DNA of 64,000 nucleotides, taken from positions 25,641 through 89,640 of the forward strand of contig CAVVDF010000010.1 in assembly GCA_963746995.1 (NCBI GenBank), written 5' to 3'. The position numbers were made by a program, and so were the translations under genes. A model generated the notes under the pieces. That model saw nothing but the letters and a program-made list of their open reading frames with translations. It made no database searches and had not been told where the DNA came from. The DNA comes from an uncultured Actinomycetes bacterium. Lineage in GTDB: Bacteria > Actinomycetota > UBA4738 > HRBIN12. Position 1 is the first letter of the stretch; the number at the start of each line of letters is the position of its first letter. Below, one piece after another: positions 8,432 to 18,220 of this stretch.

Positions 8432-8811
8432 GCATGCGGTTCCTATCCGAGGAGTGGGCCAAGGCTGTGATGGAGGCCGTGAACGGCGGCGACGAGTTCG
8501 CGAACGCTGCGGGAACGGCCGCGGCGCGCATCCAGCAGGTGATCACCAAACCCGACGGTGAGGCGCACTACTGGACCATCGTGGCCGACGGCAAGCTGGA
8601 GTTGGGGATCGGCGACCTCGAGAACGTCGACGCCACGATCACGCAGAGCTACGAAACGGCGGTCGCACTCGCGACGCGCCAAGCCAACCCGGTGACGTCC
8701 TTCATGATGGGCAAGATCAAGATCGACGGGAGCATGGGGCTGTTGATGGGTCTCGCGAGCGCGCTGGGCAAGCTCGCCGACGCGATGGCGACGCTCGACG
8801 TCGAGTACTAG
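8428..8811 (+). CDS. SCP2 sterol/lipid-binding domain protein
   Basis: MRFLSEEWAKAVMEAVN..ATRQANPVTSFMMGKIKIDGSMGLLMGL. GTG 8428 (GTGA overlap) sits 6 nt after AAGGAG at 8416-8421; ATG 8434 is the alternative. Confidence 0.8.
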   Translation: MSMRFLSEEWAKAVMEAVNGGDEFANAAGTAAARIQQVITKPDGEAHYWTIVADGKLELGIGDLENVDATITQSYETAVALATRQANPVTSFMMGKIKIDGSMGLLMGLASALGKLADAMATLDVEY

Positions 8812-9227
8812 TCGGGGGGTCGGCTGACGCTGTAGGTGCCGCTCGCGCGCGCCAGCGTCTTGCCACGACGATCGACGATCTCGGTTTCCGCGTAGGCGAT
8901 CTCCCGCCCGACACGAACGGCTCGCCCGGTCGCGACGATTCGGCCTCGGGTGACCGGGCGAAGGTAATGCACGTTCATGTCGACCGTGACGTGGCGTCTG
9001 CCTGTCTCGACAGCGCTGCGAACAGCGAGACCCATCGAGGCATCGGCGAGGGTTGCGAGCACCCCGCCGTGGGCGAGGCCCTGGATGTTCACGTGGTGGT
9101 CCTGCAGATCGAGCTCGAGGGTGACCTCGCCCAGAGACACAGCCACGAGTGTCATGCCGGACCAGCCGTAGAAAGCGCTGTCGGCGACGGCCGCCCGGAG
9201 CGCCTGGATCGCGGCTGGGTCGCTCAC
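8808..9227 (-). CDS. PaaI/hotdog-fold thioesterase
   Basis: NIQGLAHGGVLATLADASMGLA..VDMNVHYLRPV..GREIAYAETEI. GTG 9227 start (VSDPAAIQAL..). Shares a CTAG stop with the SCP2 gene. Confidence 0.85.
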   Translation of the reverse strand: MSDPAAIQALRAAVADSAFYGWSGMTLVAVSLGEVTLELDLQDHHVNIQGLAHGGVLATLADASMGLAVRSAVETGRRHVTVDMNVHYLRPVTRGRIVATGRAVRVGREIAYAETEIVDRRGKTLARASGTYSVSRPPD

Positions 9228-9289
9228 GCGGGCGAGTCTCTCACGCCGGTGTTGAACGGACGCCGCGATACGATGCCAGGAGGACCCGC

Positions 9290-10126
9290 ATGACCGATGA
9301 TCTCGAACGCCTCGCCCGACTCGCGCTGGCCGAAGACGCCCCTTCGGGTGATGTGACATCCGTCGCAACGGTGCCCGTGGGCACCCGGTGTCACGCCGAG
9401 ATCGTCGTGAAGCAGCAGGGCGTGCTGGCCGGGGTCGATGCCGCCGCCGCTGTGTTCGCCGCCGCCAGTGCGGAAGACGCCGCCGACCTGGTGGTCGACT
9501 GGAAGCTCGGTGACGGCGCACGTGTTGTCCCGGGCGACCGTGTGGCGCTGCTGTCCGGCACCGCCCGCACGGTGCTCCGGGCCGAGCGCCCGGCGCTCAA
9601 TCTGCTCGGACACCTGTCGGGGATCGCCACCATGACGCGCGCCTACGTCGATGCTGCCGAGCCCGCCCAGGTGCTCTGCACCCGGAAGACCCTGCCGGGG
9701 TTGCGCGCCGTCGAGCGCGCGGCGGTCGCCGCGGGGGGCGGAACCCTGCACCGCGGATCGCTCTCCGACGCGATCTTGATCAAGGACACCCACGTTCGGA
9801 TCGCCGGCGGAGTCGGCGACGCGGTCCAGCGGGCACGGGCGTCAGGGCTGCCCGTCGAGGTCGAGGTCGAGTCGCTCGACCAGTTGGACGAGGCGCTCGC
9901 CGCCGGAGCCGAGCGGATCCTCGTGGACAACTTCACGACCGCGATGGTCGTCGACGCCGTCGCACGGGTGGACGACCCGAACCGTCTGGAGATCTCCGGC
10001 GGCGTGACACTCGAGTCCGCGCCGGCGTACGTGGCGGCGGGCGCCCGCGTGATCTCCGTGGGGCGGCTCACGCATTCGGCACCGTCCCTCGACCTCTCGT
10101 TGGAAGTGATCGGGATCGATGACTGA
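9290..10126 (+). CDS. nadC: nicotinate-nucleotide pyrophosphorylase (quinolinate phosphoribosyltransferase)
   Basis: [70 protein letters not shown] lies 6-8 nt upstream of the ATG. Confidence 0.95.
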   Translation: MTDDLERLARLALAEDAPSGDVTSVATVPVGTRCHAEIVVKQQGVLAGVDAAAAVFAAASAEDAADLVVDWKLGDGARVVPGDRVALLSGTARTVLRAERPALNLLGHLSGIATMTRAYVDAAEPAQVLCTRKTLPGLRAVERAAVAAGGGTLHRGSLSDAILIKDTHVRIAGGVGDAVQRARASGLPVEVEVESLDQLDEALAAGAERILVDNFTTAMVVDAVARVDDPNRLEISGGVTLESAPAYVAAGARVISVGRLTHSAPSLDLSLEVIGIDD

Positions 10127-11129
10127 GACGCATCCGACGATGCCGTTCGACGAGTGGGCGGCTGCGGTTCGCCGCCTGGCGCGCGAGCGCGACGCGGTCG
10201 TGCTGGCCCACAACTACCAGGTGCCGTGGATCCAGGACGTCGCCGACCACGTCGGGGACTCGCTGGCGCTCTCGCGGATCGCCGCAGACACCGATGCGAG
10301 CACGATCGTGTTCTGCGGCGTGCACTTCATGGCCGAGACCGCGAAGCTGCTCTCGCCGGACAAGACGGTGCTGCTTCCGAGCCTTGAGGCCGGATGTTCG
10401 CTGGCCGCCTCGATCGACGCCGACCAGCTTCGCGCCTGGAAGGCCGAGCACCCGGGCGCAGTCGTCGTGTCGTACGTGAACACCACCGCCGCCGTGAAGG
10501 CCGAGACCGATATCTGTTGCACGTCCTCGAACGCGGTCGACGTGGTGGCGTCGATCCCCGCCGACCGCGAGATCTTGTTCCTGCCCGATCAATTCCTCGG
10601 CGCGCACGTGCAACGCCAGACAGGTCGCACGATGCACATCTGGATGGGGGAGTGCCACGTGCACGCCGGGATCCAGCCCGGCGACCTCCAAGCGATGATG
10701 GCCGCCGAACCCGATGTAGAGCTGCTCGTCCATCCCGAGTGCGGCTGCACCACGAACGTGATCTGGCTGCTCGGCGAGGGCGCGTTGCCTTCCGATCGCA
10801 CGAAGGTGCTGTCGACAGGGGGGATGGTGACCGAGGCGGAGCGCTCGGACCACCATCGGTTCCTCGTGGCGACCGAGACGGGCATCCTGCATCAGCTGCG
10901 AAAGGCGAGTCCCGGCAAGGAGTTCGTCGCCGTCGATCGCAAGGCCGAGTGCAAGTACATGAAGATGATCACGCCCGAGAACCTGCTGACGGCACTTCGT
11001 GATGGCGTGTTCGAGATCGACGTGCCGGCTGACATCGCCGCGCCGGCCCGGCGGTCCGTCGAGCGGATGATCGAGATCGGGCCGACCGCGGGCAGGACGA
11101 TGCCCGCGGGCCCGGTGTTCAACGAGTGA
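10119..11129 (+). CDS. nadA: quinolinate synthase
   Basis: [48 protein letters not shown]. 8-nt overlap with nadC. Confidence 0.95.
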   Translation: MTETHPTMPFDEWAAAVRRLARERDAVVLAHNYQVPWIQDVADHVGDSLALSRIAADTDASTIVFCGVHFMAETAKLLSPDKTVLLPSLEAGCSLAASIDADQLRAWKAEHPGAVVVSYVNTTAAVKAETDICCTSSNAVDVVASIPADREILFLPDQFLGAHVQRQTGRTMHIWMGECHVHAGIQPGDLQAMMAAEPDVELLVHPECGCTTNVIWLLGEGALPSDRTKVLSTGGMVTEAERSDHHRFLVATETGILHQLRKASPGKEFVAVDRKAECKYMKMITPENLLTALRDGVFEIDVPADIAAPARRSVERMIEIGPTAGRTMPAGPVFNE

Positions 11130-12610
11130 CGACGACCGTCGTGATCGGCGCCGGGGCCGCCGGCTTGTGGTGCGCGCTGCACGCCACGCATCGCGGCGCG
11201 GTGACGGTCGTCGCGCCGGGGGCGGCGGAGCTTTCGGCGACCGCGTGGGCGCAGGGCGGGATCGCCGCCGTCGCGAGTCCGGAGGACACCCCCGAACAGC
11301 ATGCGGCCGACACGATCGCGGCCGGTGCGGGGCTGTGCGATCGGGAAGCCGTCGAGGTGCTGGTTCACGAGGCGCCCGACGCGGTGGCCGAGCTGCGTGC
11401 GATGGGCATGCGCTTCGACGACGGAGACGCCTCGGCCCTCGAAGGTGGGCACTCGCGGCGCCGGGTGCATCACGCGGGCGGCGACCGCTCCGGCCAAGTC
11501 CTGCACCGGTTCCTCGAGGAGACGGTCGAGCGCGACGGAGGCATCGTGCGGGTCGACGCTCGCGCGGTCGGCATCGAGATGCGCGACGGCGGCGTGGTCG
11601 GCGTGCGCGTGGAAGGGGGTGCCGTTGTCGCCGCCGACCGCGTCGTCCTCGCGACCGGCGGCGCGTGCGGCATCTACGGGCGGCGCACCGGGCCCGACAC
11701 GTCGGTGGGCGAGGGATTCGCCCTCGCGTGGGGTGCCGGCGCGGCCCTGGCGGATCTCGAGTTCGTCCAGTTCCACCCGACGGCGCTCGACGTCCCCGGG
11801 TACCCGGCGCGGCTGTTGACCGAGGCGCTGCGCGGCGAGGGCGCGGTGCTCCGCGATGCGCACGGCGAGCGATTCATGGACCGGTTCCATCCGCTCGGCG
11901 ACCTCGCCCCCCGAGATGTCGTGGCGCGCGCCGTCTTGCAGGTAAGGGAGGAGACCGGCTTGCCGGTCGTGCTCGACGCGACCACGGTCGTCGATGTCGC
12001 CCGTCGGTTTCCCACGGCCGATCAGCAATGCCGGGAGGTCGGGCTCGACATCGCGACTACGCCGGTGCCCGTCGCGCCGGCTGCGCACTACTTCATGGGA
12101 GGCGTGCTCACCGATCTGTGGGGCCGCACGACGGTGCCGGGATTGTTCGCGGCGGGCGAAGTCACCAGTACGGGGGTGCACGGCGCGAATCGGCTCGCGT
12201 CGAACTCACTCGCCGAGGCGTTGGTGTTCGGTCGCCGCACCGCGGTCGCCGAGGAGGGCGACGGACCGGTTGTGGTTGCCGCCGATCCGCTCGCACCGAC
12301 CCCGCGCGGGGCGATGGCGCTCCCTCGTATCCGCGCGCGGGCCGACGCTGAGCTGGGGGTTCGGCGCGACGGGCCTCTGCTGCGAGTGCTGACCGACGAG
12401 CTCGCGGCCGCCGCCGACCCGGCGGGCGCCCGCGCCGCGACCCTCGTGGCGTGGTTGATCACGCTCGCCGCCGGCCGGCGTACGGAGAGCCGCGGGGGCC
12501 ACTACCGGGTCGATTTCCCCGCGCTCGATCCTGCGTGGGCGGTCCGGCAAGCGGTCGATCCGTCGGGCTGGTGGCGGCTTGCCAGCGTGGGTGACGGTCT
12601 GCGACCATGA
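11126..12610 (+). CDS. nadB: L-aspartate oxidase
   Basis: [14 protein letters not shown] (FAD fold), [30 protein letters not shown] overlap with nadA. Confidence 0.95.
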   Translation: MTTTVVIGAGAAGLWCALHATHRGAVTVVAPGAAELSATAWAQGGIAAVASPEDTPEQHAADTIAAGAGLCDREAVEVLVHEAPDAVAELRAMGMRFDDGDASALEGGHSRRRVHHAGGDRSGQVLHRFLEETVERDGGIVRVDARAVGIEMRDGGVVGVRVEGGAVVAADRVVLATGGACGIYGRRTGPDTSVGEGFALAWGAGAALADLEFVQFHPTALDVPGYPARLLTEALRGEGAVLRDAHGERFMDRFHPLGDLAPRDVVARAVLQVREETGLPVVLDATTVVDVARRFPTADQQCREVGLDIATTPVPVAPAAHYFMGGVLTDLWGRTTVPGLFAAGEVTSTGVHGANRLASNSLAEALVFGRRTAVAEEGDGPVVVAADPLAPTPRGAMALPRIRARADAELGVRRDGPLLRVLTDELAAAADPAGARAATLVAWLITLAAGRRTESRGGHYRVDFPALDPAWAVRQAVDPSGWWRLASVGDGLRP

Positions 12611-12697
12611 CCGCCATGCAGCGCTATCAGGGTTTCTGGTTCGTCTTCGGCGGGTTCGACCCGGCCTAGTCGCCAGCAGCCACCAAGCAGCCAGCGA

Positions 12698-12722
12698 CCC
12701 CGGGCCGAATCGCCCGGGGTTT
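12698..12722 (+). terminator. putative intrinsic terminator after nadB
   Basis: Perfect 8-bp GC stem ccccgggc / gcccgggg (12698-12705 / 12712-12719), 6-nt loop, followed by TTT. Confidence 0.5.
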
Positions 12723-12768
12723 CGACTCTCCGGGCCGCTCGACCGGGCCGAACAGGAGGTTCGACCAG

Positions 12769-13788
12769 ATGGTCGTCGTGATGCAGGCAGAGGCCACCGA
12801 GGCCGACATCGAGGCGGTCGCCGAACGCGTCCGGACCAACGGGGGCGAAGCCTTCGTTTCGCGCGGCACCGTCCACACGATCATCGGGTTGGTCGGCGAC
12901 ACCGACCGGTTCAAGGCGATCGACTGGCGTCAGATGCCCGGCGTCGATCACGTGATCCAGATCGGCAAGCCCTACAAGATGGTCGCGCGCGACCTGCACC
13001 CGGAGACGACGGTCGTGAAGATCGGCACCGTGCCGATCGGGCGCGACTCGTTCACGCTGATCGCCGGCCCGTGTGCGGTCGAGGACGAAGAGCAGACGAT
13101 GACGGCGGTGCGGGCAGCCAAGGACGCCGGCGCCGCGGTGATGCGTGGCGACGTGTACAAGCCCCGCACCTCGCCGTACTCGTTCCAAGGGCTCGGCGAG
13201 CGCGGGATCGAGATCCTGCAGGAGGCTCGCCGGCGCTTCGGGTTACCGTTCATCATCGAGGTCGTCGACGTCTCACAGGTGGCGCACGTCGCCGAGGTCG
13301 CGGACTGCATCCGGATCGGGACCCGCAACGCGCAGAACTTCGAGCTGCTGAAGGAGGTCGGGCTCGCGAACAAACCGGTCATGTTGAAACGGGGACTGGC
13401 GATGACGATCGACGAGTGGCTCCAAGCAGCGGAGTACGTCGCCCAGCGCGGCAACTCCGAGGTGATCTTGTGCGAGCGGGGGATCCGAACCTTCGAGCCG
13501 TCGACCCGCAACACCCTTGACCTCGCGGGCATGGCGGTCGCCCAGCAAGAGTCACACCTGCCGGTGATCGTTGACCCTTCCCACGCCGTTGGGAAGCGGT
13601 CGCTGGTAGCGCCAATGGCGTGTGCCGCTCTCGCCGCCGGTGCCGACGCGGTGATGATCGACGTGCACCCCCACCCCGAAGCCGCGATGGTCGACGGCGC
13701 GCAGGCCCTCGTGCCCGAGGAGATCATCGCGCTCGGGAAGCAGCTACAGGCGATCGCCGACGCGCTGGGCAGACCGGTGAATCGCTAG
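12769..13788 (+). CDS. 3-deoxy-7-phosphoheptulonate (DAHP) synthase, type I-beta with N-terminal regulatory domain
   Basis: N-terminal ~70 aa ACT/ferredoxin-like extension, then LIAGPCAVE, KPRTSPYSFQGLG, DPSHAVGKR. Confidence 0.92.
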   Translation: MVVVMQAEATEADIEAVAERVRTNGGEAFVSRGTVHTIIGLVGDTDRFKAIDWRQMPGVDHVIQIGKPYKMVARDLHPETTVVKIGTVPIGRDSFTLIAGPCAVEDEEQTMTAVRAAKDAGAAVMRGDVYKPRTSPYSFQGLGERGIEILQEARRRFGLPFIIEVVDVSQVAHVAEVADCIRIGTRNAQNFELLKEVGLANKPVMLKRGLAMTIDEWLQAAEYVAQRGNSEVILCERGIRTFEPSTRNTLDLAGMAVAQQESHLPVIVDPSHAVGKRSLVAPMACAALAAGADAVMIDVHPHPEAAMVDGAQALVPEEIIALGKQLQAIADALGRPVNR

Positions 13789-14573
13789 CCGGCGGGGGCT
13801 TTCAGCGTCAGCTCGAGGATGTCGCAGGTGGTGCGCCACCGTGCGAGCGCCTCCGACGGCGGCCCATTGCGCGACCGGCGGCGGTCGACGAGCGCCTTCG
13901 CTGCCTCTTCCCGCTCGGCACCGTCCAGGACGCGACCCGATGCCGTGAGCTCGTCCAGCGCCGTATCACGCAGTTTGCGCCGGGTCACCACGACGAATTC
14001 GTCGGCGGTGCCCACGCCGGGCACGGTTTGCTCGGCCGGGCCGGGCTCGCGCTGGGACAACACGTAGATCTTGCCGTTCTTGTAGGTGAACCACACCGGG
14101 GCTGTCTGCACGCGCCCGTTGATCTTCGCGCCGACCCAGATCACGTCGGACTTCTTGAGCCCTTCCTCGACGTCCTTGTGGAGCTTCGTCGGCGCCGCTT
14201 GGACATAGACCGGCACCTCGATCTCGCCGATCACTTGATCGTCGACCACGAAGGATGCGACGTGGGTGCCCGTCTCGCTGAACACGGCCTCCGGGATCTC
14301 GTCAACCTCGGTGGTGAGGTCGAACATGCCCTTCATCTGGCGGTATTCGGGTCCCCAGCGGAACACCATCCGGCCGGACGGTCCGAAGAGCCTCACCTCC
14401 TCCTGCACGGTACCGACGGGGACCTTCCAGGCGCGGAAGAGAACGAACGGCAGCGCGGGGCCCGGCTGGCCGGTGAGGTAGATCCCGTCGGGAGCCATGT
14501 CGCCTTGGGTTTCCCACACGCGGGAGTCGACGACCGCGGCGGCGACCAATTCCCCGGCGATCAGCTCAGGCAT
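13785..14573 (-). CDS. hypothetical protein (C-terminal half resembles a PNPOx-like split-barrel domain)
   Basis: 262-aa ORF with coding-like composition; ..APVWFTYKNGKIYVLSQ... No confident family assignment. Shares a CTAG stop with the DAHP synthase gene. Confidence 0.7.
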   Translation of the reverse strand: MPELIAGELVAAAVVDSRVWETQGDMAPDGIYLTGQPGPALPFVLFRAWKVPVGTVQEEVRLFGPSGRMVFRWGPEYRQMKGMFDLTTEVDEIPEAVFSETGTHVASFVVDDQVIGEIEVPVYVQAAPTKLHKDVEEGLKKSDVIWVGAKINGRVQTAPVWFTYKNGKIYVLSQREPGPAEQTVPGVGTADEFVVVTRRKLRDTALDELTASGRVLDGAEREEAAKALVDRRRSRNGPPSEALARWRTTCDILELTLKAPAG

Positions 14574-14580
14574 GGCGCGA

Positions 14581-14586
14581 AGGATA
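14581..14586 (-). promoter_or_regulatory. -10-like hexamer TATCCT (minus strand), 7 nt before ATG 14573
   Basis: + strand cat-ggcgcga-aggata. Confidence 0.4.
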
Positions 14587-14606
14587 CCGGACCCGGCCGC
14601 CCGCGC

Positions 14607-15497
14607 TCAGGGGCGCTCGTAGACGCGCAGCAGCCGGTCTGGCTGGAACCCGACGGATCGGTACAGCGCCTCCGCGGGGCGGTTGCCGACCACGACCCCC
14701 ACGATCGCCCAGGTCATGCCGGCCGCCGCGAAACGGCGCAAGCCTTCGGTCAGCAGTGCCGTGCCGAAGCCGCGACCGTGCAGATCCGGATGCACCGCAA
14801 CGGGTTCGAAGGTGCCGGCTCGGCTGACCGGATCGATCCAGGCGATGCAACACGCGGCGGCCCTGTCCTCGTCGTCTCGCAACAACAGATCCCAGCCGAG
14901 CGGATAGGCGGGCGTCGTCCGGAAGGCCGCGTAGTCGCGTGCGTACGCGGCGAACGGCTCGTCATGCGGGAACGCCGCGTGCGTGACCGATGCGCGATCG
15001 GTCGCGTCGTCATCGCCGACCGGCTGGACACGCAGATCGGCATCCTCCTTGCCGCGCGACGCCTCGAGTGGCTGGACGAGGTTCATGTAGGTGCCGTCGG
15101 TCGGTCGGAAGCCTTGGCCTTGCCACCGAGCGACGGCCGCGTGCTCGTCCTCGAACTCCACCCACTGCACCGGTCGATCGTGGTGCGTCGCCCACGTGAG
15201 TGCCTCCTTCTCGAACGCGACGGCATCAGGCGTGTCGGAGGATGCGGGCATCACGAAGACAGAGAGGGAGCCGTCGTCCGGCGAGCGGGCCGCGAACCCG
15301 ACGACCTCGCCGTCGTGCTCCCATAGGAGGAACAGCTCAGCGAAGTGATCGGCCGAGTGTGGGGGTGGCCATCCCGCCATCCAAGCGATGTCGCCGGGGT
15401 GCGCGTTGGTTCGACCGGGTGCCGCCAGCAACTTCGCGGAACAGACAGCCTGGATCGGCGCCAGGTCGTCCCACCCGCGGCTCGGTCGGACCTCCAC
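14607..15497 (-). CDS. tandem-GNAT N-acetyltransferase (MshD-like architecture)
   Basis: 296 aa. The C-terminal GNAT domain has VAVHPDLHGRGFGTALL..ALYRSVGF; the N-terminal half is a degenerate GNAT. GTG start 7 nt downstream of the preceding gene's stop. Confidence 0.85.
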   Translation of the reverse strand: MEVRPSRGWDDLAPIQAVCSAKLLAAPGRTNAHPGDIAWMAGWPPPHSADHFAELFLLWEHDGEVVGFAARSPDDGSLSVFVMPASSDTPDAVAFEKEALTWATHHDRPVQWVEFEDEHAAVARWQGQGFRPTDGTYMNLVQPLEASRGKEDADLRVQPVGDDDATDRASVTHAAFPHDEPFAAYARDYAAFRTTPAYPLGWDLLLRDDEDRAAACCIAWIDPVSRAGTFEPVAVHPDLHGRGFGTALLTEGLRRFAAAGMTWAIVGVVVGNRPAEALYRSVGFQPDRLLRVYERP

Positions 15498-15504
15498 CGC
15501 CGCC

Positions 15505-16707
15505 TCAGACGGTCCGGGCGAGCCAGAGCCGGGGTTCCTCGAGCTCGGCGAGGCCGGGAAGCGCCTCGGCGGAGCCCCACATCCGGCTCAGCGTGTGCTC
15601 GTCGGTAAGCTCGACCACCGTCTCGGCGAACCGTCGGCCGAGCTCGACGTGGGCGCGGCCGACGTCAACGCCGAGCAGGCGGGCGAACATCGGGTCGACC
15701 TCCTCGTCATCGCGATGCCGACGCATCGCCTCCTCGACCTGTGGGTAGGTTCCGAGCAGACGGGCGCCGATCGTGGTGGCCACGTGATCGCCGTAGCCCT
15801 CGATCGCGCCGAGCAAGGCGCGGATACGGTCGAGCTTCAAGCGTTGCTCGTCGTCAAGCACGACACCAGGCATCGCGCCCTGGTCGTCGCCGAACGCGCT
15901 TGCGAGCGCCTCCGGGTCCCCCGGTGTGATGTCGGCGAAGCGTTCGCGGATCGCATCGACGTCGATCGTGAGCGATGCGAGGAAGTCATCGACGATCGAG
16001 CGCGCGTAGCCGGCGAGCCACGGCTGCGTGTTCTGCAGGCGGTGCGCCATCTGGTGCAGCGCCACGAAGGTGCGGAACTCGCGTGCGTCGAGCGACCAAT
16101 CCCGCTCGAGCCGTTCGACGTTGGCGAGCAGGATGTCGATCGGTCCGCTCGCAGATCGGGGCATCCCGATGTCGTGTGCGCCGAGCACGCGCCCAGCGAG
16201 GAACCCGAAGACCTGGCCGACCTGGGTCGCCTGCAAGAGCGGGCCGAGCTGCGAGATCATCGCCTGCGGCGAGCCAAGGCCCATGGCCGCGAGCGCATCC
16301 GTTTGCTCAGCCGCAGCCTCGTCGTTCGTCAAGGCTCGGCCGAGGGCTTCACCCATCCGCGTCGCCGCCTGCTCGACCAGCGGCGTGTACGCCTCCATCG
16401 CCGAGGCGATCCATGTGGCGCGACGGACGAGCCGCACGTGCACAACCTCTGCGGGTGGCGGGAATCCGGTGAGGTCGAGCAGCTGCAGCTCCGCCACGCG
16501 GAGGGCGTCGTCGAACGCGGACGTCGCCGAAGCGTCCGGCTCCGGGTCTGGATCCTCCTCGGCAGCCGTCGCAACGGCGATCTGGCGCGCGAGCTCCCAC
16601 TGCACGGGTCCGGACGACGCGCCCATCACACGCTGTAACTCGCGGAACAGCGGCGCGTCGCCGAGCGACTCGGGATCCATGCCGAACGGAGAACCGGGGG
16701 TGCCCAT
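15505..16707 (-). CDS. DUF2342 / zincin-like protein (F420-biosynthesis-associated 'hydrolase' family), HExxH replaced by HQxxH
   Basis: MGTPGSPFGMDPESLGDAPLFRELQRVM..FVALHQMAHRLQNTQPWLAGY... ATG 16707 chosen; the ORF track extends to 16863 and would overlap moaE. Confidence 0.85.
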   Translation of the reverse strand: MGTPGSPFGMDPESLGDAPLFRELQRVMGASSGPVQWELARQIAVATAAEEDPDPEPDASATSAFDDALRVAELQLLDLTGFPPPAEVVHVRLVRRATWIASAMEAYTPLVEQAATRMGEALGRALTNDEAAAEQTDALAAMGLGSPQAMISQLGPLLQATQVGQVFGFLAGRVLGAHDIGMPRSASGPIDILLANVERLERDWSLDAREFRTFVALHQMAHRLQNTQPWLAGYARSIVDDFLASLTIDVDAIRERFADITPGDPEALASAFGDDQGAMPGVVLDDEQRLKLDRIRALLGAIEGYGDHVATTIGARLLGTYPQVEEAMRRHRDDEEVDPMFARLLGVDVGRAHVELGRRFAETVVELTDEHTLSRMWGSAEALPGLAELEEPRLWLARTV

Positions 16708-16759
16708 CGCTCGCCAGCCTACGACCATCCCAGCGAACGGGCGCTCGCCGACAGCTACG

Positions 16760-17200
16760 ATGAGTGCTGTGACCGGCGACCGCACATTCGTGCGCATCAG
16801 CGAGGATCGACCATCCGTTGACGTGGCGCTCGCGGCCGTCGCCGACCCTGCCGCCGGCGGCACGTGCGTGTTCGTGGGGACCGTCCGCGACCATAGCGGT
16901 GCGGGCGACGCCGTCGAGAGGCTCGCCTACGAAGCGTGGAACGAGCTCGCTGAACACCGACTCGCGGAGATCGCCGCCACGATCCTCGAACGATGGCGGG
17001 TGTGCCGGGTCGCGCTGCTGCACGCGACGGGGGACCTCGCGATCGGCGAGGTGAGTGTCGTCGTCGCGGTCTCCGCCCCGCATCGCGCCGAAGCGTTCGA
17101 GGCTTGCCGCTTCGGCATCGAGGAGCTGAAGCGCGACGTTCCTATCTGGAAGAAGGAAACCTTCAGCACGGGCGAGGCGGACTGGGTGATGGGCGCCTAG
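16760..17200 (+). CDS. moaE: molybdopterin synthase catalytic subunit
   Basis: ..VSAPHRAEAFEACRFGIEELKRDVPIWKKE... The in-frame GTG 16769 is preceded by TACGAT (16756-16761) + 7 nt, so the leaderless start may be 16769. Confidence 0.9.
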   Translation: MSAVTGDRTFVRISEDRPSVDVALAAVADPAAGGTCVFVGTVRDHSGAGDAVERLAYEAWNELAEHRLAEIAATILERWRVCRVALLHATGDLAIGEVSVVVAVSAPHRAEAFEACRFGIEELKRDVPIWKKETFSTGEADWVMGA

Positions 17201-18214
17201 ATGGGCCGGGAACTCGCGATCGACCTGGGGACCGCGAACACGCTCGTCTACCGACTGGGTGACGGCATCGTGTTCGACCAGCCGACCGTCGTCGCGTTGC
17301 ACGCCACCACCGGCGACGTGGTCGCGATCGGCGACGAGGCGTGGCGGATCATCGGCGGCGGTACCGGCGAGGTAGCAGGGATGCGCCCGCTGCGGCAGGG
17401 GACGATCACCGAGTTCGAGGTGACCCAGCGCTTCCTCGAAGTGGTGATCCGCCGGTCGATCACGGGACGGTATCCGAAGCCTCGCGTGTTGATCACGATC
17501 GCGTCGGGCAGCTCGCCGGTGGAGCGTCGCGCCTTGGAGGAAGCCGTCGCGATGAGTGGGGGCAAACAGGTGACGCTCGTCGAGGAGCCGCTCGCCGCCG
17601 CGATCGGCGCCGGCCTGCCGATCCAAGAACCGATCGGGAGCCTCATCGTCGACATCGGCGGCGCTCGTTCGGAGATGGCGGTCGTCTCGATGGGCGGCAT
17701 CGTGTCGGGACAGACGGTCATGGTCGGCGGATTCGATCTCGACGTCGCGATCCAAGAACACGTTCGGCGGGAGTACGGCGTCGCGATCGGCGAGCTCGCC
17801 GCCGACGAGGTCAAACGAGCGGTGGGCTCGGCGTTCCCGCTCGCGAACGGGAAGGCGGCGCTGGTGGTGGGCCGCGAGCTCGCATCCGGCAATACCGTCG
17901 AGGTCAAGCTCGACGAGGTGGAGGTCCGTCACGCGATGGCCGATCCGATCGAGCGCATCGTCGAGGCGGCGAGGCGGACGCTCGCCGAGGCGCCACCGGA
18001 GTTGACCCACGACGTCTTGGAGAACGGCATGTTCCTGATGGGGGGCGGCGCGATGCTGACCGGGCTCGATCTGTTGCTCGCACAGGAGTGCGAGGTGCCT
18101 GTGCATCTCGCGGAGGACCCTCGCGAGACGGTCGTGCGCGGCGCCGGGCACATGCTCGAGCACCTCGAGCGGTACCGGACGTCGTTCCAACTCGAGCGGA
18201 CAGGACGGCGCTGA
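17201..18214 (+). CDS. mreB: MreB-family actin-like protein
   Basis: ELAIDLGTANTLVY, VEEPLAAAIGAGL, IVDIGGARSEMAV, LMGGGAML, AEDPRETVVRGAG. Collinear with E. coli MreB. The ATG directly follows the moaE stop. Confidence 0.9.
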   Translation: MGRELAIDLGTANTLVYRLGDGIVFDQPTVVALHATTGDVVAIGDEAWRIIGGGTGEVAGMRPLRQGTITEFEVTQRFLEVVIRRSITGRYPKPRVLITIASGSSPVERRALEEAVAMSGGKQVTLVEEPLAAAIGAGLPIQEPIGSLIVDIGGARSEMAVVSMGGIVSGQTVMVGGFDLDVAIQEHVRREYGVAIGELAADEVKRAVGSAFPLANGKAALVVGRELASGNTVEVKLDEVEVRHAMADPIERIVEAARRTLAEAPPELTHDVLENGMFLMGGGAMLTGLDLLLAQECEVPVHLAEDPRETVVRGAGHMLEHLERYRTSFQLERTGRR

Positions 18215-18220
18215 ACCACG

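Noticed and set aside
9228-9289. NAD-related riboswitch or NrtR/NiaR box upstream of nadC
   Set aside because: The spacer is only 62 nt, shared with a divergent gene, and has no recognisable conserved structure or palindrome.
12611-12768. Attenuator or T-box leader for the DAHP synthase gene
   Set aside because: Only one hairpin is present (12698-12719 + TTT), and it is best explained as the nadB terminator. There is no alternative-pairing structure or leader peptide rich in aromatic codons.
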